From Hemiscyllium ocellatum (taxonomy: Eukaryota), in assembly GCF_020745735.1 (NCBI RefSeq), contig NC_083437.1, positions 11,284,001-11,348,000 of the forward strand: DNA of 64,000 nt, in the 5' to 3' direction. A program made the position numbers and the translations under genes. Shown here one piece after another: positions 11,940 to 25,399 of the stretch (positions are counted from its first letter, which is position 1; the number at the start of each line of letters is the position of its first letter). Below the pieces are notes generated by a model. It did no database searches. It had not been told where the DNA came from and saw only the letters and a program-made list of their open reading frames with translations.

Positions 11940-13510
11940 AGTCAGTGTCCCCTTCCTCTGGAGGGTGAGGAGCTGAATGTTAAACAGCCCACCACCCATC
12001 TCAAGCATTCCTGTTGTTTTCCTCCTGGAATGAGAGAGAGGTGGATATTAAGGGAGACGAAAGTGGATGGCACAATGGTGAGTGTTCCTGCATGTGAGGG
12101 GAGATGTCCCAAGTGTGTGAGTGCATGAGTAGGCAATGCAGGGTTTGTGGGGTGGGGATTAGGGCGAGTGAGAACGAGTGAGGAAGATGTTGCAGGCAAC
12201 AATGAGAATGGTAGAGGATGAACCTTAGTGTGAGAACAGCAGAGATAAGAGTGAATGAGTGAGTATGTGATGGGGGCACTTGTGCTGCTGACGTGGGGAA
12301 TGTCATTGACCTTCATCCCATTGTGCTGAGTGTTCCACCAGATACCTGAGGCTCCTCCAACCGCGGTGGCATTGGACCAGATTGGCATGGTCTGGTATCG
12401 TGGCCTCTACTGGTCCTGATGGATAATAACAATCCCAATTTTGCACCATCCCACTCCCAAAGTGGGGTAACAGCTTCCCTCTGTCTGACAGTTCTTGTGC
12501 AGTCAAGCATGGCACTGTGGCTCAGTGGTTAACACTGTTGCCTTACAGTGCCACAGACCTGAGTTCAATCTCACCCTAGACACAGGGACAATAACTCCTG
12601 CTGTGGCTACATCCAAATATGGAGTGAATATAAGAAATGGAACAAATTGTTATAAGGTGCACAATCACATCAACTCACACATGACTCTTTAGAATCATCT
12701 TCCTACAGTGGGACAAGAACAATATGACAAGGAGGCTATGGAAGGCTTCATTCAGTGGGAATTCACTAACATCAGTTACACCCGAAACCATCCTTAAAGG
12801 CTCATTGTGAATCATAGAATAGAATCCCGAACATGCAGATAGAGGTCATTCAGCCCTTCGGGTCTACACTGACCCTCTGAAGCGCATCCCACTCTATCCC
12901 CATAATGCCACCTGGCCTGCACACCATGGCTCAATTTAGCATGGCCAATCCATCCGGCTCGATCTTTGCATTGTGAGAGGAAACCGGAGCGCCCGGAGGA
13001 AACCCACGCAGACACGGGGAGAATGTGCAAACTCCACACAGTCGCTCGAGGTTGGAATCAAACTCAACCCGTGAGGCAACAGCACTAACCACTGAGCCAC
13101 TGTGCCGCCCAACACAGGACAGGCTCACCACAGTCTGGGATGTCCTGGGACACTGACACTGGGTTGTGCCAGGATCTGGGGATATGAAGGAGTGGCAGAA
13201 CCACCCCTCCCTACCTCCCCCACTCCCATCCCAGTGTCTGTCAAAGTGATAGCTGCACTGAACATCTGTGCAATTGGCTCCTTGGAAGGGAGAACCCACC
13301 CCCGATCTCCCAATCCTCAACACACAAAGGTACCAAAGCTGCTCAATTAGTAACAGATCACACTGCATGTCATTCTCTATGCAACTGCCTTTGAGAGGGG
13401 TGCGATGAACTCTGAAGAGTTGGGAGACTGGCAGTGGTCATCCGAGGAGGAAGATGAGGACATTGAGCAAGGGCAACATCACTTTCACCGAGAGAATGTT
13501 CAGCAGTGTC
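11940..13510. mobile_element. decayed PIF/Harbinger transposon (Myb-like gene remnant on -, transposase remnant on +), interrupted by SINEs
   Basis: Plus strand ~13225-13290 PIPVSVKVIAALNICAIGSLEG resembles the HARBI1-like ALPVAVKVTAALNFYASGSFQ segment. Minus strand ...MKVNDI and MGGGLFNIQLLT resemble Myb/SANT QCRKKxNDL...TGGG. Confidence 0.6.
12810..13110 (-). mobile_element. HE1-like V-SINE (tRNA-derived)
   Basis: Antisense GGGCGGCACAGTGGCTCAGTGGTTAGTGCT head and V-domain TGTGTGGAGTTTGCACATTCTCCCCGTGTCTGCGTGGGTTTCCTCCGG. Confidence 0.9.
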
Positions 13511-13611
13511 AAACTCAAGAAGCTAGGCAGGACTGAGTTAACATTGGTTTCAGTGAATGAGAGCTGGGTGCAGCAAATATTCCTTGACTGTAAATTTGCT
13601 GATGTTCATAA

Positions 13612-13835
13612 AGAAAGTCAGAAGTCACACGACACCAAGTTATAGTCCAACAGGTTTATTTGAAATCACAAGCTTTTGGAGCACTGCCCCTTTGTCAAGT
13701 CAAGCCTCATTCACTTGATGAAGGAGCAGCACTCTGAAAGCTTGTGATTTCAAATAAGCCTGTTGGACTATAACCTGGTGTCATGTGACTTCTGACTTTG
13801 TTTACCCCAGTCCAACACCAGCATCCCCACATCAT
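13612..13835. mobile_element. PLE fold-back pLTR remnant, family 2, with degenerate hammerhead on each strand
   Basis: ~85-bp inverted arms; CACTTGATGAAGGAGCAGCACTCTGAAAGCTTGTG at ~13712-13746; tail TTTACCCCAGTCCAACACCAGCATCCCCACATCATG. Confidence 0.85.
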
Positions 13836-14869
13836 GGTTTAGAAAGCAAACAGAGTGTCTCTGTTCTGCTGGGTAAATGCAGCTTCTGTTCATTTGTTTA
13901 TTGGTCACTTTTGCTTTTAGTTGAGTGAAAATGGCTTCAACCGTTTGAAGGTTGTTTTTTTCTGGGAGTGATGATCAATGGTAAGATTCTGGGCACTTTT
14001 GACATTGAGGAAGGACAGGCACTGAGTTAGACACGGTTGTAAAGTGGGGGAGTTGTGTGCTTGGTGCTTGAATAGTGATAGATGGGAGACTGCGCCCTTG
14101 TGTATGCAATGAAATGGCAGCCTTGTTACCTCAATGCCCTGAGAAACATTGGTTAGCAGTTGGTCTCCCACTGTGTGCAGGATGAAAGGTAACTTTGGAC
14201 TGCTAATCCTTGATCAGGAAGACAGCTGGGCTTCGAAATTGGCACCAGCACCAGGGATCCTGGGATAAACCAGCAGTCCAGAGGACCTCTAACTTTGGTG
14301 AGTGGAAGAATAGCGAGCACCATCGGGACATGGTACCCTGCTCAGGAGACAATTGTGGGAAGCCAGAGTGAGAAAACTCACTGAGAGAAACACTCCTGGA
14401 TACTCACCAAAAAATGACCCTTAGCTAATATCTGCTAAGATTCAGCCCCACCTCTTCTGCACCTTTCCAATCAGCGCCTCTCCCTGATGATTTCGCCTTC
14501 CCAATTTACAATCACCTCATTGACTCAGTTTCTCAATCATGCTCCCTTCTTCCAATTTGGAGACCCTTCTTGATAGACCTTTTACATCCACATCTCCAGC
14601 CACATCAAATCATCCTCATTCCTCCCAGTAGCTACATCCCTCTCCGAATCAGGGAACTCATTTCTAGTCCAATGTCTTGTGTGTTGGTGCTTTCTGTATT
14701 ATTTATTCCCCCTCAATGTGTCCACCTTTGTGATGGTTCCTTTACTCCCATCATTACCAGACCAGTGCTAACTGCAGTATCCATTGGAAGGTTAGGCTCA
14801 ATTCTTCCATTTTCTGTGCTATGACTACCATTGACCGTGGATATTACATCCATAATAACATTATTCACC

Positions 14870-15432
14870 TAAACAGAAATTGCAGGAAAAGCTCAGCAGG
14901 TCTGGTAGCATTTGTGGAGAGAGATTAGAGTTAATGTTTCAGGTCCAGTGATCTTTCTTTAGAACTGATGGCAGCTAAAAAAAAGGTTTGTGTTTATGCA
15001 GAAGATCAGGTCGGGGAAGGGGTGGAGGAGTTAGTGATAGGTGGAGATAGAGCCCAAAGACAGAGACAAAGGAGTGGATAACAATTAGCCTAGAAGAATG
15101 AATGGCTACTAATGGGACTGTAGTGGCTAACAATGAGTTGTTTATAATAGGAGACCATGTGATAACAAGGTCTGGTGTGTGGGGGTTGGAGAGTCAGGAC
15201 ATGGGAGGTGCCTCAGGCCGTAAAATTGTTGAACACAATATTGAGTCCAGAAGTCTACAGAGTTCCCAAGTGGAAAATGAGGTGCTGTTCTTCCAACTTG
15301 CACTGAGCTTCACTGGAGCACTTCAGCAAGCCTGTGACAGAGATGTTAGGGAGGGAACATGATGGTGTGTTGAAATGGCAGGCAACTGGAACTCAGGATC
15401 TTTTTGTTGACAGACACCAGTGTTCTGCAAAG
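14870..15432 (-). mobile_element. PLE (Neptune-like) 3' end: GIY-YIG C-terminus and pLTR, family 3
   Basis: Minus strand reads ACHFNTPSCSLPNISVTGLLKCSSEAQCKLEEQHLIFHLGT...GLNIVFNN. Degenerate hammerhead AGTTCTAAAGA..GAAACATTAACT near 14928-14967. Confidence 0.85.
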
Positions 15433-17429
15433 CATTGTTGATGCTTGATATAATACTTCCCATTCTCTGTCTCCACATTTGATGTGTTTAGTTCAGGCCA
15501 CAGAGCAAGGAGGAAGGCTGATATTGGATTACTTTGAAGGCTGGCATCTACCCTCTCTTGCACCCATGTGCTAATAGCATTCTTCTCATTCCTATCTCCA
15601 TGGTAACGGCCAATGAAAAACCGTGTACTTTCACCCATCATTAAGACTTTTATTTCACAGGATAAACACCACAGAAGTGACATCCAAATAGTGAAGCAGG
15701 TTTCTCTGGCTCAGAATTGGCAGCATCTTTTCATGTTTCCCAAAATGTGATTGACTACACTCCAAAAGATTGACAACAGCCTTTCACTTTCACAGAAGGT
15801 GGCAAGGAATCTAGGCAAAATGGCACCATCAAATCTTCAAATCTGGCTGAATCAAACTCACAAGGCAATGTGGTGCCTTTCAGGGGTTCAGGATGTTCTG
15901 CAACCAACTGCTGTTGAAGTGTTCTCATGGTTCGTCATAAAACCAGCAAAGTAATCTGCTGTATGAAGAGTGTTGGAGGAAGCTAATGGATAGAGATCAT
16001 GAAGGCAATGTGTCCCAGCAGCTCTGCTGTCCAGCTTCATGGGTCCATACAAATGCAGCTAGAATATTGTCAACCAACCTCAGGTCAGCAGGGAGCATAG
16101 AAAACAAGATCAATCTCAATAAGGGAGTGACTTAAAGATTGAACACAACAAAACATTTGAAAAGCTGAACCAATTGTTAAAGATGAAAACAGATTACAAC
16201 ATGAAACCACTGGAAACTTAAGAATTGGACAGGGCAGGTTTTCACACTGTGATAGTATATAATGTAAATAGAATAAGCGCAGTTTCACATACACATCACT
16301 CCTACTTATGGAATCCTACTATCATTACTCACTGCTGGCACATCACAAGTAAAGTGCATAAAGTGAAACAGAGTCAGACTTGAAGATAGATTTTGTCCAA
16401 CTTAGGGACAAGGATTTTAAATTTCCTCTGTAACAGAGTTCAAAGCAATATACATGTTAGATGGGAAGATTCATGGAAAGAATGAGTTACACGCCAATTG
16501 CAAAACGTCAGATATTCGTTAACCGCTTCTGATTCCTCTGCTGAAATATATCTCGTACTTACATCTAGGTTACAGAATCCCTGCATTATTACAGCATGAA
16601 AGGAGGCTATTTGGCCTGTTATGAGCACACTAACTCTCTAAGTGATCAATTAACTTAATATCACCCAACAGCCTTTTACCCATAATCCTGCACATGCTTC
16701 CTTTTCAGAATGCAAATTTGTATAAATGGTATTTGCTCAGAGGCTCCCTTCAGATTATGACCAGACACAGCAGGATACAAAGTAATATTTCTGGCTTTTT
16801 GTAGACATTATTTGAGAGTGTTTTTAAATTACCCACTTTCTGTTCCCTTTACTACATTTTCATGGCATCAATTTAAATTGTTTCAAAGATTGAAAAGCCT
16901 CATGATTCTGGTTTCTTCAACATTTTGTGCCTTGTGTCTAAGTTACATGGTTGACTGAGTTGATTTTTTGCATTTTCACATTAAACAGGGATGGATGGTG
17001 TATGTTTAGTCCTTTCTCCAATTGTTCACCTCGATTTTCACCCATTTTACATTCAAGTAAATTCTAATGGGTTTTACAGAAGACTTGATGGAACATGAAC
17101 AGCATGGAAACTCCAATGACACAGCTTTCTTTTAACTTGCAGCTTTCATGCACAGGGGGAAAAAAACCCACAAATTATAAATCAATAGTGCCAGATACAA
17201 AATTCTTTTATTCAGGTTGCTTTCAGTAGACGACACTGAGAGGGAATATTAATGGGGTAATGAGTTGAGTACTGCATTAAAGATGAATGTATGGTCAAAA
17301 ATCGGCAAGTGGAGTGTAATGTGAGAAATTGTGGAGTTGTCCACTTTAGCAGGAAGAACAGAAAGGCAGCGTATTATTTATGAGACTTTGGAACTCCATT
17401 TCCCAGAGAGTGCTAGAGGCAGAGTTGTT

Positions 17430-17650
17430 GGCAAGTCCCACTCAATCCACACATTATTCTGACTTGGAACCATGTCATCATTCTTGGCTCTCACTACATC
17501 AACCTCTTGGAATTCCCAGCACTGAGAGAGTCTCTACATCTGAGGAACACACTGATTCAAGAAGGCAGCTTGCCACCACCTTCTCCAGGATCATTAAGGA
17601 TACTAACAAATATTGACAAAACCAGGAATGCCCGTATAACATGAACAAAT
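17430..17650 (+). mobile_element. CR1/L2-group LINE 3' end (second family)
   Basis: GATTCAAGAAGGCAGCTTGCCACCACCTTCTCCAGG and tail similar to 41750-41840. Confidence 0.65.
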
Positions 17651-17729
17651 GAGAGAGAGTGTACAGCCGAGATGCAGGTCATTCAGCATTCCTACAACAT
17701 GCACTTCATTCTCCCAGACCTTGCTACTT

Positions 17730-18260
17730 GCCACTTGTCAGCCCAAGTCTGGATATTATTGCATTTGAACATGGAATGCTTTAATAGCTGAGGAGTCATG
17801 AATGGTGCTGAACATTGTGTATTCATCAATGAACATCCCCACTTCTGACCTTGTGATGGAAGGTTAGGTCATAGATGAAGCAGCTGAAGATGAATGGGCC
17901 TAGGACACTACCCTGAGGGACTCTAGCAGCGATGTCCTGGAGCTGAGATGACTGACCTCCAACAACTATAAATGTCTTTCTATGTGCCAATTATGATGCC
18001 AACCAGTGGAGTGTTTGCCCCCTGATACCCATTGAAGTTTTGCTAGGGCTCCTTGATGTCAAATGTGGCCTTGATGACAAAGGCTGTCACTCTCACCTCA
18101 CCTCTGGAATTTAGCTGAATGTTTGAACCAAAACTGTAATATGCTCAGGAGCTGAGTGGCCCTGGCAGAGCCCAAGCTGGGCGTCAGTGAACAGGCTTTT
18201 GCTGAGCAGGTGTTGCTTGACAGCGCTGTTACTGACACCTTCCATCACTTTACTGATAAC
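17730..18260 (-). mobile_element. CR1/L2-group LINE RT fragment
   Basis: Antisense [19 protein letters not shown] and AQLGLCQGHSAPEHIT. Confidence 0.85.
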
Positions 18261-20129
18261 AACGGCATCATTAATATTTCTCATGTTCTTATGTATTTCC
18301 AACAAATGTTGATGTCTACAGGATGAACAACTTGAGGTTGTGTGAAGATTATTAGAAATTAAATGACCGCAGAATCTGAAGCTTTGCAAAGCAAACATTA
18401 CTGATAGAATTGACATTCACTCGAATAGAGTGGTCTCTTCAAGGTTATTTGAAGACCAGAGGGGAATTTTCCAGAGTAATGTTACACAAATCGGCTGAAG
18501 GACTTTCTCCTTTTTTGCATCTTCCTAGCGATTGTGTGATTTTAGGGGAGTGTCAGGAAGGTGTATTGTAATGGTTTGTAGAATAAGAAAAACCTAAAAT
18601 GTCTAACTGGACTTTTCTGACCTTACTGTATGTTTGCACAAATCAATATATAAAGCAATTTAAGTCAAAATTATGACTCATGCCGAGTGTGGTTGAAATC
18701 TCAACCGATGGGAATAAAATCTAATTCCTAGATATTGAAATGTGGCTGCTTGATGAAAGACAGGCATAGCCTGAGTAATGGTTGATTTAGCAATTGAACA
18801 ACAATCAAATGAAAGCATTTGACACAAAGGTCTCGGGTCACAACATTGTCGGAATGATAAGTGATTGCAACCCAGCTGTATGCCGTACATCGCACATGTT
18901 CTTTAACTGCAGCAAAAAACAACTTGCATTCGTATAGCACCTTTAACTTAGCTAAATGTTCCAAGATACTTACCAAGAATGTTAAGGAATATGGTGACAA
19001 CACGGAAATATGGCCTTGAGATGAAAGCTTTATAGTAAACTTATTTTCAGGTCAGATATCAAAGATAGCTCATTTTTCACCACTCTTTTAAATATCAATC
19101 AAACTGTTAATGTAAAACTCTTTCTGAGGTAATTGCAGCAATTGTAAGTTAGCCAATATTAAGAATAATAAAAACCCTAAATGTCAAAAGTAAGTCTACT
19201 GAAACTATGTAACTAGGTCCTATTTATTTATCTATTTATTTATTATTTGCAGCAACAGATGACCTCACAATTAACATTTGTTTCTTTACCACTCAGTGAC
19301 AACTGCTGTCTGTTTTTCTTTGAAGTTTAAAAAAATAGAGGATTTTAAAACAAAATGTTCATAAATCAGACTTAATCCACCCTTCAATAGCCTTCATGTC
19401 CACTCCATCAATTCATGGCTCAAGGATTATTTGAATCAGAAAATGTAGTCAGGTAGCAGAATTTGTGACATTTTCCCAATATTTTCTGGATAATGCTTTT
19501 TCATTCAATTCTAACCATTAAAATAAAACAACCAGGGGCTGTGGAGGGGTCGAGATAATTGACAATAGAAGAGAGCTGAGTTTAAGTGTGGAACATAATG
19601 CATTCTTAGATTACGTTTCTGAGGGGTGGCAAGCAGATGGCAAGTAGACCGAGACCTTGGGTAGAAAATTTGGAGAATGCAGAGGCAATGGCAAAATCAG
19701 AAAATAAAGGATTACAGGGGTACCCGTGAAAACTAAGGTTAGGCTGCGTGTTAAGGTCAGGGTTGGGAATGGGGCTACTGATTATTGGGTTGGCACAGGA
19801 TTTGAATGTTGTTGTTGCATCCTTTCCCATCATCAAAGAATCTCTCAGTTTAAGTTCCAGCACAAAGGACTGTGAAAGTGGAAAAGACCTTGGAGGACAT
19901 TTTTGTTCATGTTGCCAATAAAGTAATATTGATCAGCAATGTAGAGAGAATAGAACAGCTGGAATGTCAGTCATTAAAACAGAGAAGCTGAAGGTGATGT
20001 TCAATACAGGTGACCTCTATTATGAGGATTTAGATGGACCGAAGTAAAACCCCAATATTTTGTAAGAGATATGTTCCCAGAAAATATTATAAGCGATTAT
20101 TTTTACAAACAGTGAGCATAGTTGACTGA

Positions 20130-21125
20130 GTACATTCAGTGCAATGCGAAGATGTGAATGAGCTATGTATGCAGTCCAAATGCACATGTAGCATGGAATG
20201 TATAGGTTGTGGGAGATGCATATGCAAGATGAGACACGTGCGGTATGGGACATGTCATTAATTCATAGAGTCATGCAGCACAGAAACACACCCTTCAACC
20301 CAACCAGTTCATGCCAAGCATAATCCCAAACTAAACTTGTCCCATCTGCCTGAACTTGACCTATATCCCTCCAAACATTTCTTATTCATGTACTTATCCA
20401 AATGCCGTTAAATGTTGTAACTGTACTCACAACCATCTTTCCCTCTGGAAGTTCATTCCACACATGATCCACTCTTTGTGTGAACAAAATTCTCCCTCGT
20501 GTCTTTTTAAATCTTTCTCCTCTCATCTTAAAAATATGCACCCTAGTTTTCCCCTACCCTGGGAAAAGGACACCTGCCATTGGCTTTCCCCTCATATTTT
20601 TATAAACCTCTGTAAGATCACGTCTCAACCTCCTACGCTCCAGTGAAAGAAGTCCTAGCCTATCCAGCCTCTCCTTAGATCTCAAACTCTCCATTCCCAG
20701 CCACATCCTGGTAAATCTTTTCTGAACCCTCTCCAATTTAATAATATCATTCCTATAACAAGGTGACCAGAACTGGACACAGTACTCCACAAGAGGTCTC
20801 CTGTACAGCCACAACATAACATCCCAACGCTAATGCTCAAAGTTCTGAACAATGAAGACAAGCATCCTAAAGGCCTTCTTAACATGTTTGCAGTATGAGA
20901 CACATATGGAATATGAGTCAAGTAAGTAGCATGATACACTAGTGTGCTATGATACATTTGTGCAGCATAAGAAGTGCAATACGAGACACGTAAGCATTAT
21001 GTGACATAAGTGCTCTATGGGACACGTGCATTATGGGACCTGTGTGCAAGTTGAGACACGTGCAGTATAAAATGCATCTGCAGTTTGAGACACATGCACA
21101 GCATGAGTTGAATTTGCAGCACACA
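20130..21125. repeat. degenerate ~17-19-bp minisatellite (GTGCAGTATGAGACAC-like) split by a CR1 insertion
   Basis: Recurrent TGAGACAC/TGGGACAC/TGATACA units at 20130-20255 and 20885-21125. Confidence 0.65.
20265..20880 (-). mobile_element. CR1 LINE 3' fragment
   Basis: ORF 20554-20817 (RPLVEYCVQFWSPCYRNDIIKLERVQKRFTRM). Confidence 0.92.
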
Positions 21126-22182
21126 CTTTCTACCACAGGAGGCAAATTTTCTTTTCATAGATTTTTGTAAAATTGCTGATCATTTAAGATTAGACTGACA
21201 GTGAGCAAAGAGGAACACAGCAGATTTTCCGTGGAAAGGTAAATTCCTGAAGATAGACACCTTCCCTTGGCCTTAACTGCAACTAGTCAGTACACAAAGG
21301 AGAATAACTGAGATAAGATCTCAAGGAAGATGAAAAGAAACAGCTTTTGAATAGTGGGATGTTATTATCTGGAATACACAGCCTGAAAGAGTAGTGGGAA
21401 TAGATTCAGTGGTCATTTTCAAAATGGATTTGGATTATAACTTGAAAAGAGGAAGTAAAATTGCAGGGTTAAATGGCAAGAGTGGGGCTACGGGCAGAAA
21501 TAATTAGGTAGCTTTTCAAAAGGCAGACACAGAATGAGTAGACTGAACAAGTTCTTTCTATACTGTCTGGTTCTGTTCTTTAATTCCAGGTCCTGCCAAA
21601 CTCCCCTTTGGTGTACGGCAATATCTTGATCCAGTTTTAAGTCCCATGATTATACAAAAAAACACCAAAATCAGACAAATTAATCAAATCTGAAGTAGGA
21701 ACCCTGCACAGTGTGCAAAAGGTATGATCAGTAGATAAAAGAGTCTATGAGCATTCAAACATGCAGGTCACACAGTTCCTCAATTGACAGAATAAAGAAC
21801 AGCTGAATAAATGGATCCACAGACGGAGGTTAATACTATAGTATTAAAGACCGTTTCACATTAAGTCAATGTTGGATCAGTGGTTCTTCTTGATGTTTCG
21901 TACTGGTGGCAAATTTTCGAAGTGAAAATTCATTTCCTTGCATCTTCTCGCAGTCCTTGATGTTTGTATCAGTCAGACATTCATTCATTCCCTGACAGTG
22001 GCATCAAACTACAGAAGCTGAGGTTGAAAGAGCTTGCAGTCTTTGAAGCTGGCCCCCTACACATTCATTACTCTGCTGGGCGAGACTTAGCTGCAGCAAC
22101 AACAATTTTGACTTACATACCCCCTTTAACAAAGTCGAGTGTCATAAGGGTTTGGTGTGAAAATTGGCTCATGGTCACATAG

Positions 22183-22390
22183 GGAGGAATTGAGGACCGC
22201 AGATGCTGGAGATCAGAGTCAGGAGTGTGGCGCTGGTAAAGCACAGCAGGTCAGGCTGCATCTGAGGGGCAGGAGAATCGATGCTTCGGGCATAAGTTGA
22301 TGAAGGGCTTTTGCCTGAAACACCAATTCTCCTGCTCCTCAGATGCTGCTTGACCGGCTGTGCTTTTCCAGCACCACACTCTTCGACCCC
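22183..22390. mobile_element. PLE fold-back pLTR remnant, family 1
   Basis: Inverted arms around CGGGCATAAGTTGATGAAGGGCTTTTGCCTGAAAC; partial TSD CACATA(A)GGGA. Confidence 0.85.
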
Positions 22391-22439
22391 TGTACACATA
22401 AGGGAATATTAATGCAGGCTACCAAAGGTTTGGTCAGTA

Positions 22440-22990
22440 GTATGTCTGAAGGAGAACACAAGAAATTCGAGCAGGAGTGGGCACGGAAGCATTTAACAAG
22501 ATCATGGCTGATCTACCCCAGGCCTCCATTCTTTCACTCCAGCTCAACTCCCTGATATTGCAAAACTTTATCTGCACCCTTTAAATACTTCAGTGATCTA
22601 GCCAACACGATTCTCTGGGGTAGAGAATTCCATCATTCATTACCCTCTGGGAGAAGAAATTCCTCTGCATTTCAGTTTTAAATGTGTTTCCCCTTATTTT
22701 GCAACCATACCTCGTTCAAGATTTCTCCAGTAATGGAAATACCTTCTCAAAATCTACCCTGTCAACCCCCTCTGAATCAATAAAATCACGGTTCATTTTT
22801 CTAAATTCTAATGAATAAAGGTCTAATATTTCTTGTCATTCTTGCTAAGTTAACTCCTTCATCCCTGGAACTGAACAGGTAAATCTCTATTGCACAGTCT
22901 TCATAATATCCTTCTTAAGTACAAGAACCAATACTGCATGCAGCCCTCTAGGTATGACCTCACCAACAGTCTGATGGCCTCACCAACGCC
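22440..22990 (-). mobile_element. degenerate CR1 3' fragment
   Basis: GGGTAGAGAATTCCA..CCCTCTGGGAGAAGAAATTCCTCTGCATTTCAGTTTTAAAT. Confidence 0.75.
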
Positions 22991-23529
22991 AAATTATTGC
23001 CTGACATCTTTGTGGCAAATGTCTTTATGGTCATTATAAATTTATTTGTCTGCTTCCTAGCTAATCATTTTTGTTTTCGATTCTTGCACTTACACACTAT
23101 TCTTTTCCCACACACTGGATGTATATTCTTTTACTTCATGTGATGTTCTGCACAATACTTGCAACTTGTCATTTTAGGTTGATTGTTCATGTTGGTCCTT
23201 CTGTGAATGTGAGTTGTTTTTCTCCCCACGGATGCACTTGAAATGTCTGAGCTATGTATCAACACAGCAGACAAGTCCAACTGGCTTATCAATGTTTTGG
23301 ACAAGCCTGTTCTTCCCTTATTCACTGTACCTGCTGATTTACAAGGTTCTGTACATGTTTATAACCTCTTCCACACTCAGAGTCATTTCTCTTAGCAGTC
23401 ACGCAGTCATGGTATAATCTCTTAGACCAAAATGATTCTATCCTTAACTAGCTCATCTTTTAGTTGCATAACTTCACATGCTTCTTTAAGTTGATCTAAT
23501 GACATTGTGTAAAATATATGAAAGAACCC

Positions 23530-23625
23530 AGAGAAAGGTCACTGGACCCGAAAAGTTAACTCTGCTCTCTCTCCACAGATGCTGGAAGACCTGCTGAGTT
23601 TTTTTCCCCGCACTTTCAGTTTTCA
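23530..23625 (+). mobile_element. PLE pLTR fragment, family 3
   Basis: AAGGTCACTGGACCCGAAAAGTTAACTCTG..CCACAGATGCTG..GACCTGCTGAGTTTT; reverse complement of 14870-14960. Confidence 0.75.
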
Positions 23626-25399
23626 TTTGTTGTTAATGACATTAAGCATTGATCAGTGACTCTTCACAAGAATTACCAGATTTGTTATGGCTAGAAAGGG
23701 TCTCAGCCAATTGTACACCTCTAAGTTTACATCGTTCCCTGACTTTGAACATTCACACATTTGGATTTCAACGCATGCCTTCAAAACTGTTAACATTCCT
23801 GCCAGGTTCTTCTTCCTTTGCAGGGGGATTTCGAGTGAAATACCTTTGAAACTGTCTCCTCCCATCAGTGGTAGAAGTGCGAGGACATGTAACTGCTCTG
23901 GCTTGCCCAACATATCTGCAGCTGTTTCATAATTCTGCCAGCGTGCGTGGAGAAAAGTTCTGTTTTGCTACTTTTGTTTTTAACAGGAACTGGCAGGGAC
24001 AAAAAGCTGCAGTAGTATTCTCTTAGTCATTGTTTTAATTGCAGCTTGCTTGTTTGTTTCTTTTTTTTTAAACTTTCTTTTACAGGTAGCTCATAACTTG
24101 ACACAGACCGGTGTCCTTACATTTCTGAATGCTCATCTCAGCTTCCTTTCTGCCACCATGTTATGAGTGTACAGGACAGCAATGTGTTCAATGTGTTGAG
24201 GAAATTACTCAGCCTGAGACATTGAGTTTTGTTTCAAGAAGCTATATTTTTTTTGTGAATTCACAGAGAGGCTTGCACAGTCTTCACTGTCTCACAGCAC
24301 TCTCCTGAGCTGAACAGTTGGCCTGTACTGTACAATGATACAAACGACTTTGTGAACATTCTGCACTCAAGTCATGTTGAATACAATAATTCAAGGTAAA
24401 GATAAGCATAGTGCAGCTCCTCCTTTGATGTTGCTCAAGGACAGAGAAAATAATGATGTCAAGATATACTCCCTATACTTTGTCAAATTATAATTACATA
24501 ATCTCAGTCTTTATCTCTAGCAGCACTTTCCCACTGCAGCTGTGAGTCTGAGAGGCAAGATACCTTTTACCTTGGTCAAGTATCCCATCATGCACCAGTA
24601 TGCCAAGTTCTTACTATTTCCACACAGTGTGAGAGCTTGATTGACAGAAGTCTAAAGTTTCTGCCTGCATTGTGTCTGCTTCATAGTTGAGGCTACATGA
24701 CCATGCCAGAGGAGGAGGGATTTTTTTATACGATTGCATTTCAATCCAAACAGCCTACCTTGCTGATTCTTTCCAGCATTCTGTCCTTCTTTTTTCAAAT
24801 TTCTGAATTCTGCACCCACAGCAGGTACTTTTGATGTCAAACAGTAGGCTCCAAGAACCATGAGCTCTATACTAGGGAATGTGTGACAGCTATTATGACA
24901 ATGAATAGCTTTTGTTGCTGCACCTGCTGTTATATTGTTCAATCAATTAAAGAATTTGAGGAACAAACATTGAATGTTTTATATTCCCTGCAGGTTTCCT
25001 TTTACCACATTGTTAACATGAAGTGTCCAGAGCAAGACGCATTGTTGGTGCTCCTGAGAGTTTTGAGTATTAGATAATAGTCAGCCATCTCTGTTCCTTC
25101 CTCAAGCCGAATGGCAACACTGATACATCTCAACTGGTGCTTATCTATGGAACGTGTTATAAGCTGCCTAGATACTGGGCCAGATATGTATTCAAGAGCT
25201 GAGCAGTCCAAAGCTGAACAGAGCTGAACAGAGCTCTGCATAATTGTCCTTGCATTTGAACGTATAAGAAAGTCTCATTAAGATAGACTGAAGAAGCAAG
25301 GCAAAGGTTCATATCAAATATTCATCAGTAGGAATGAAACAAAAAGCCTAATGGGATTAAATTGTTGAGGTGCCTACAGAATTCAGAAGTAATAAGTCA

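Noticed and set aside
12509-12560. tRNA gene (A/B boxes), here and at other GGCTCAGTGGTTAGCAC sites
   Set aside because: These are tRNA-derived heads of HE1-like SINEs, not cloverleaf-forming tRNA genes.
23640-24200. Cluster of strong plus-strand acceptor-like sites and short ORFs on both strands
   Set aside because: Frames close quickly, and I found no matching donors or recognisable peptide.
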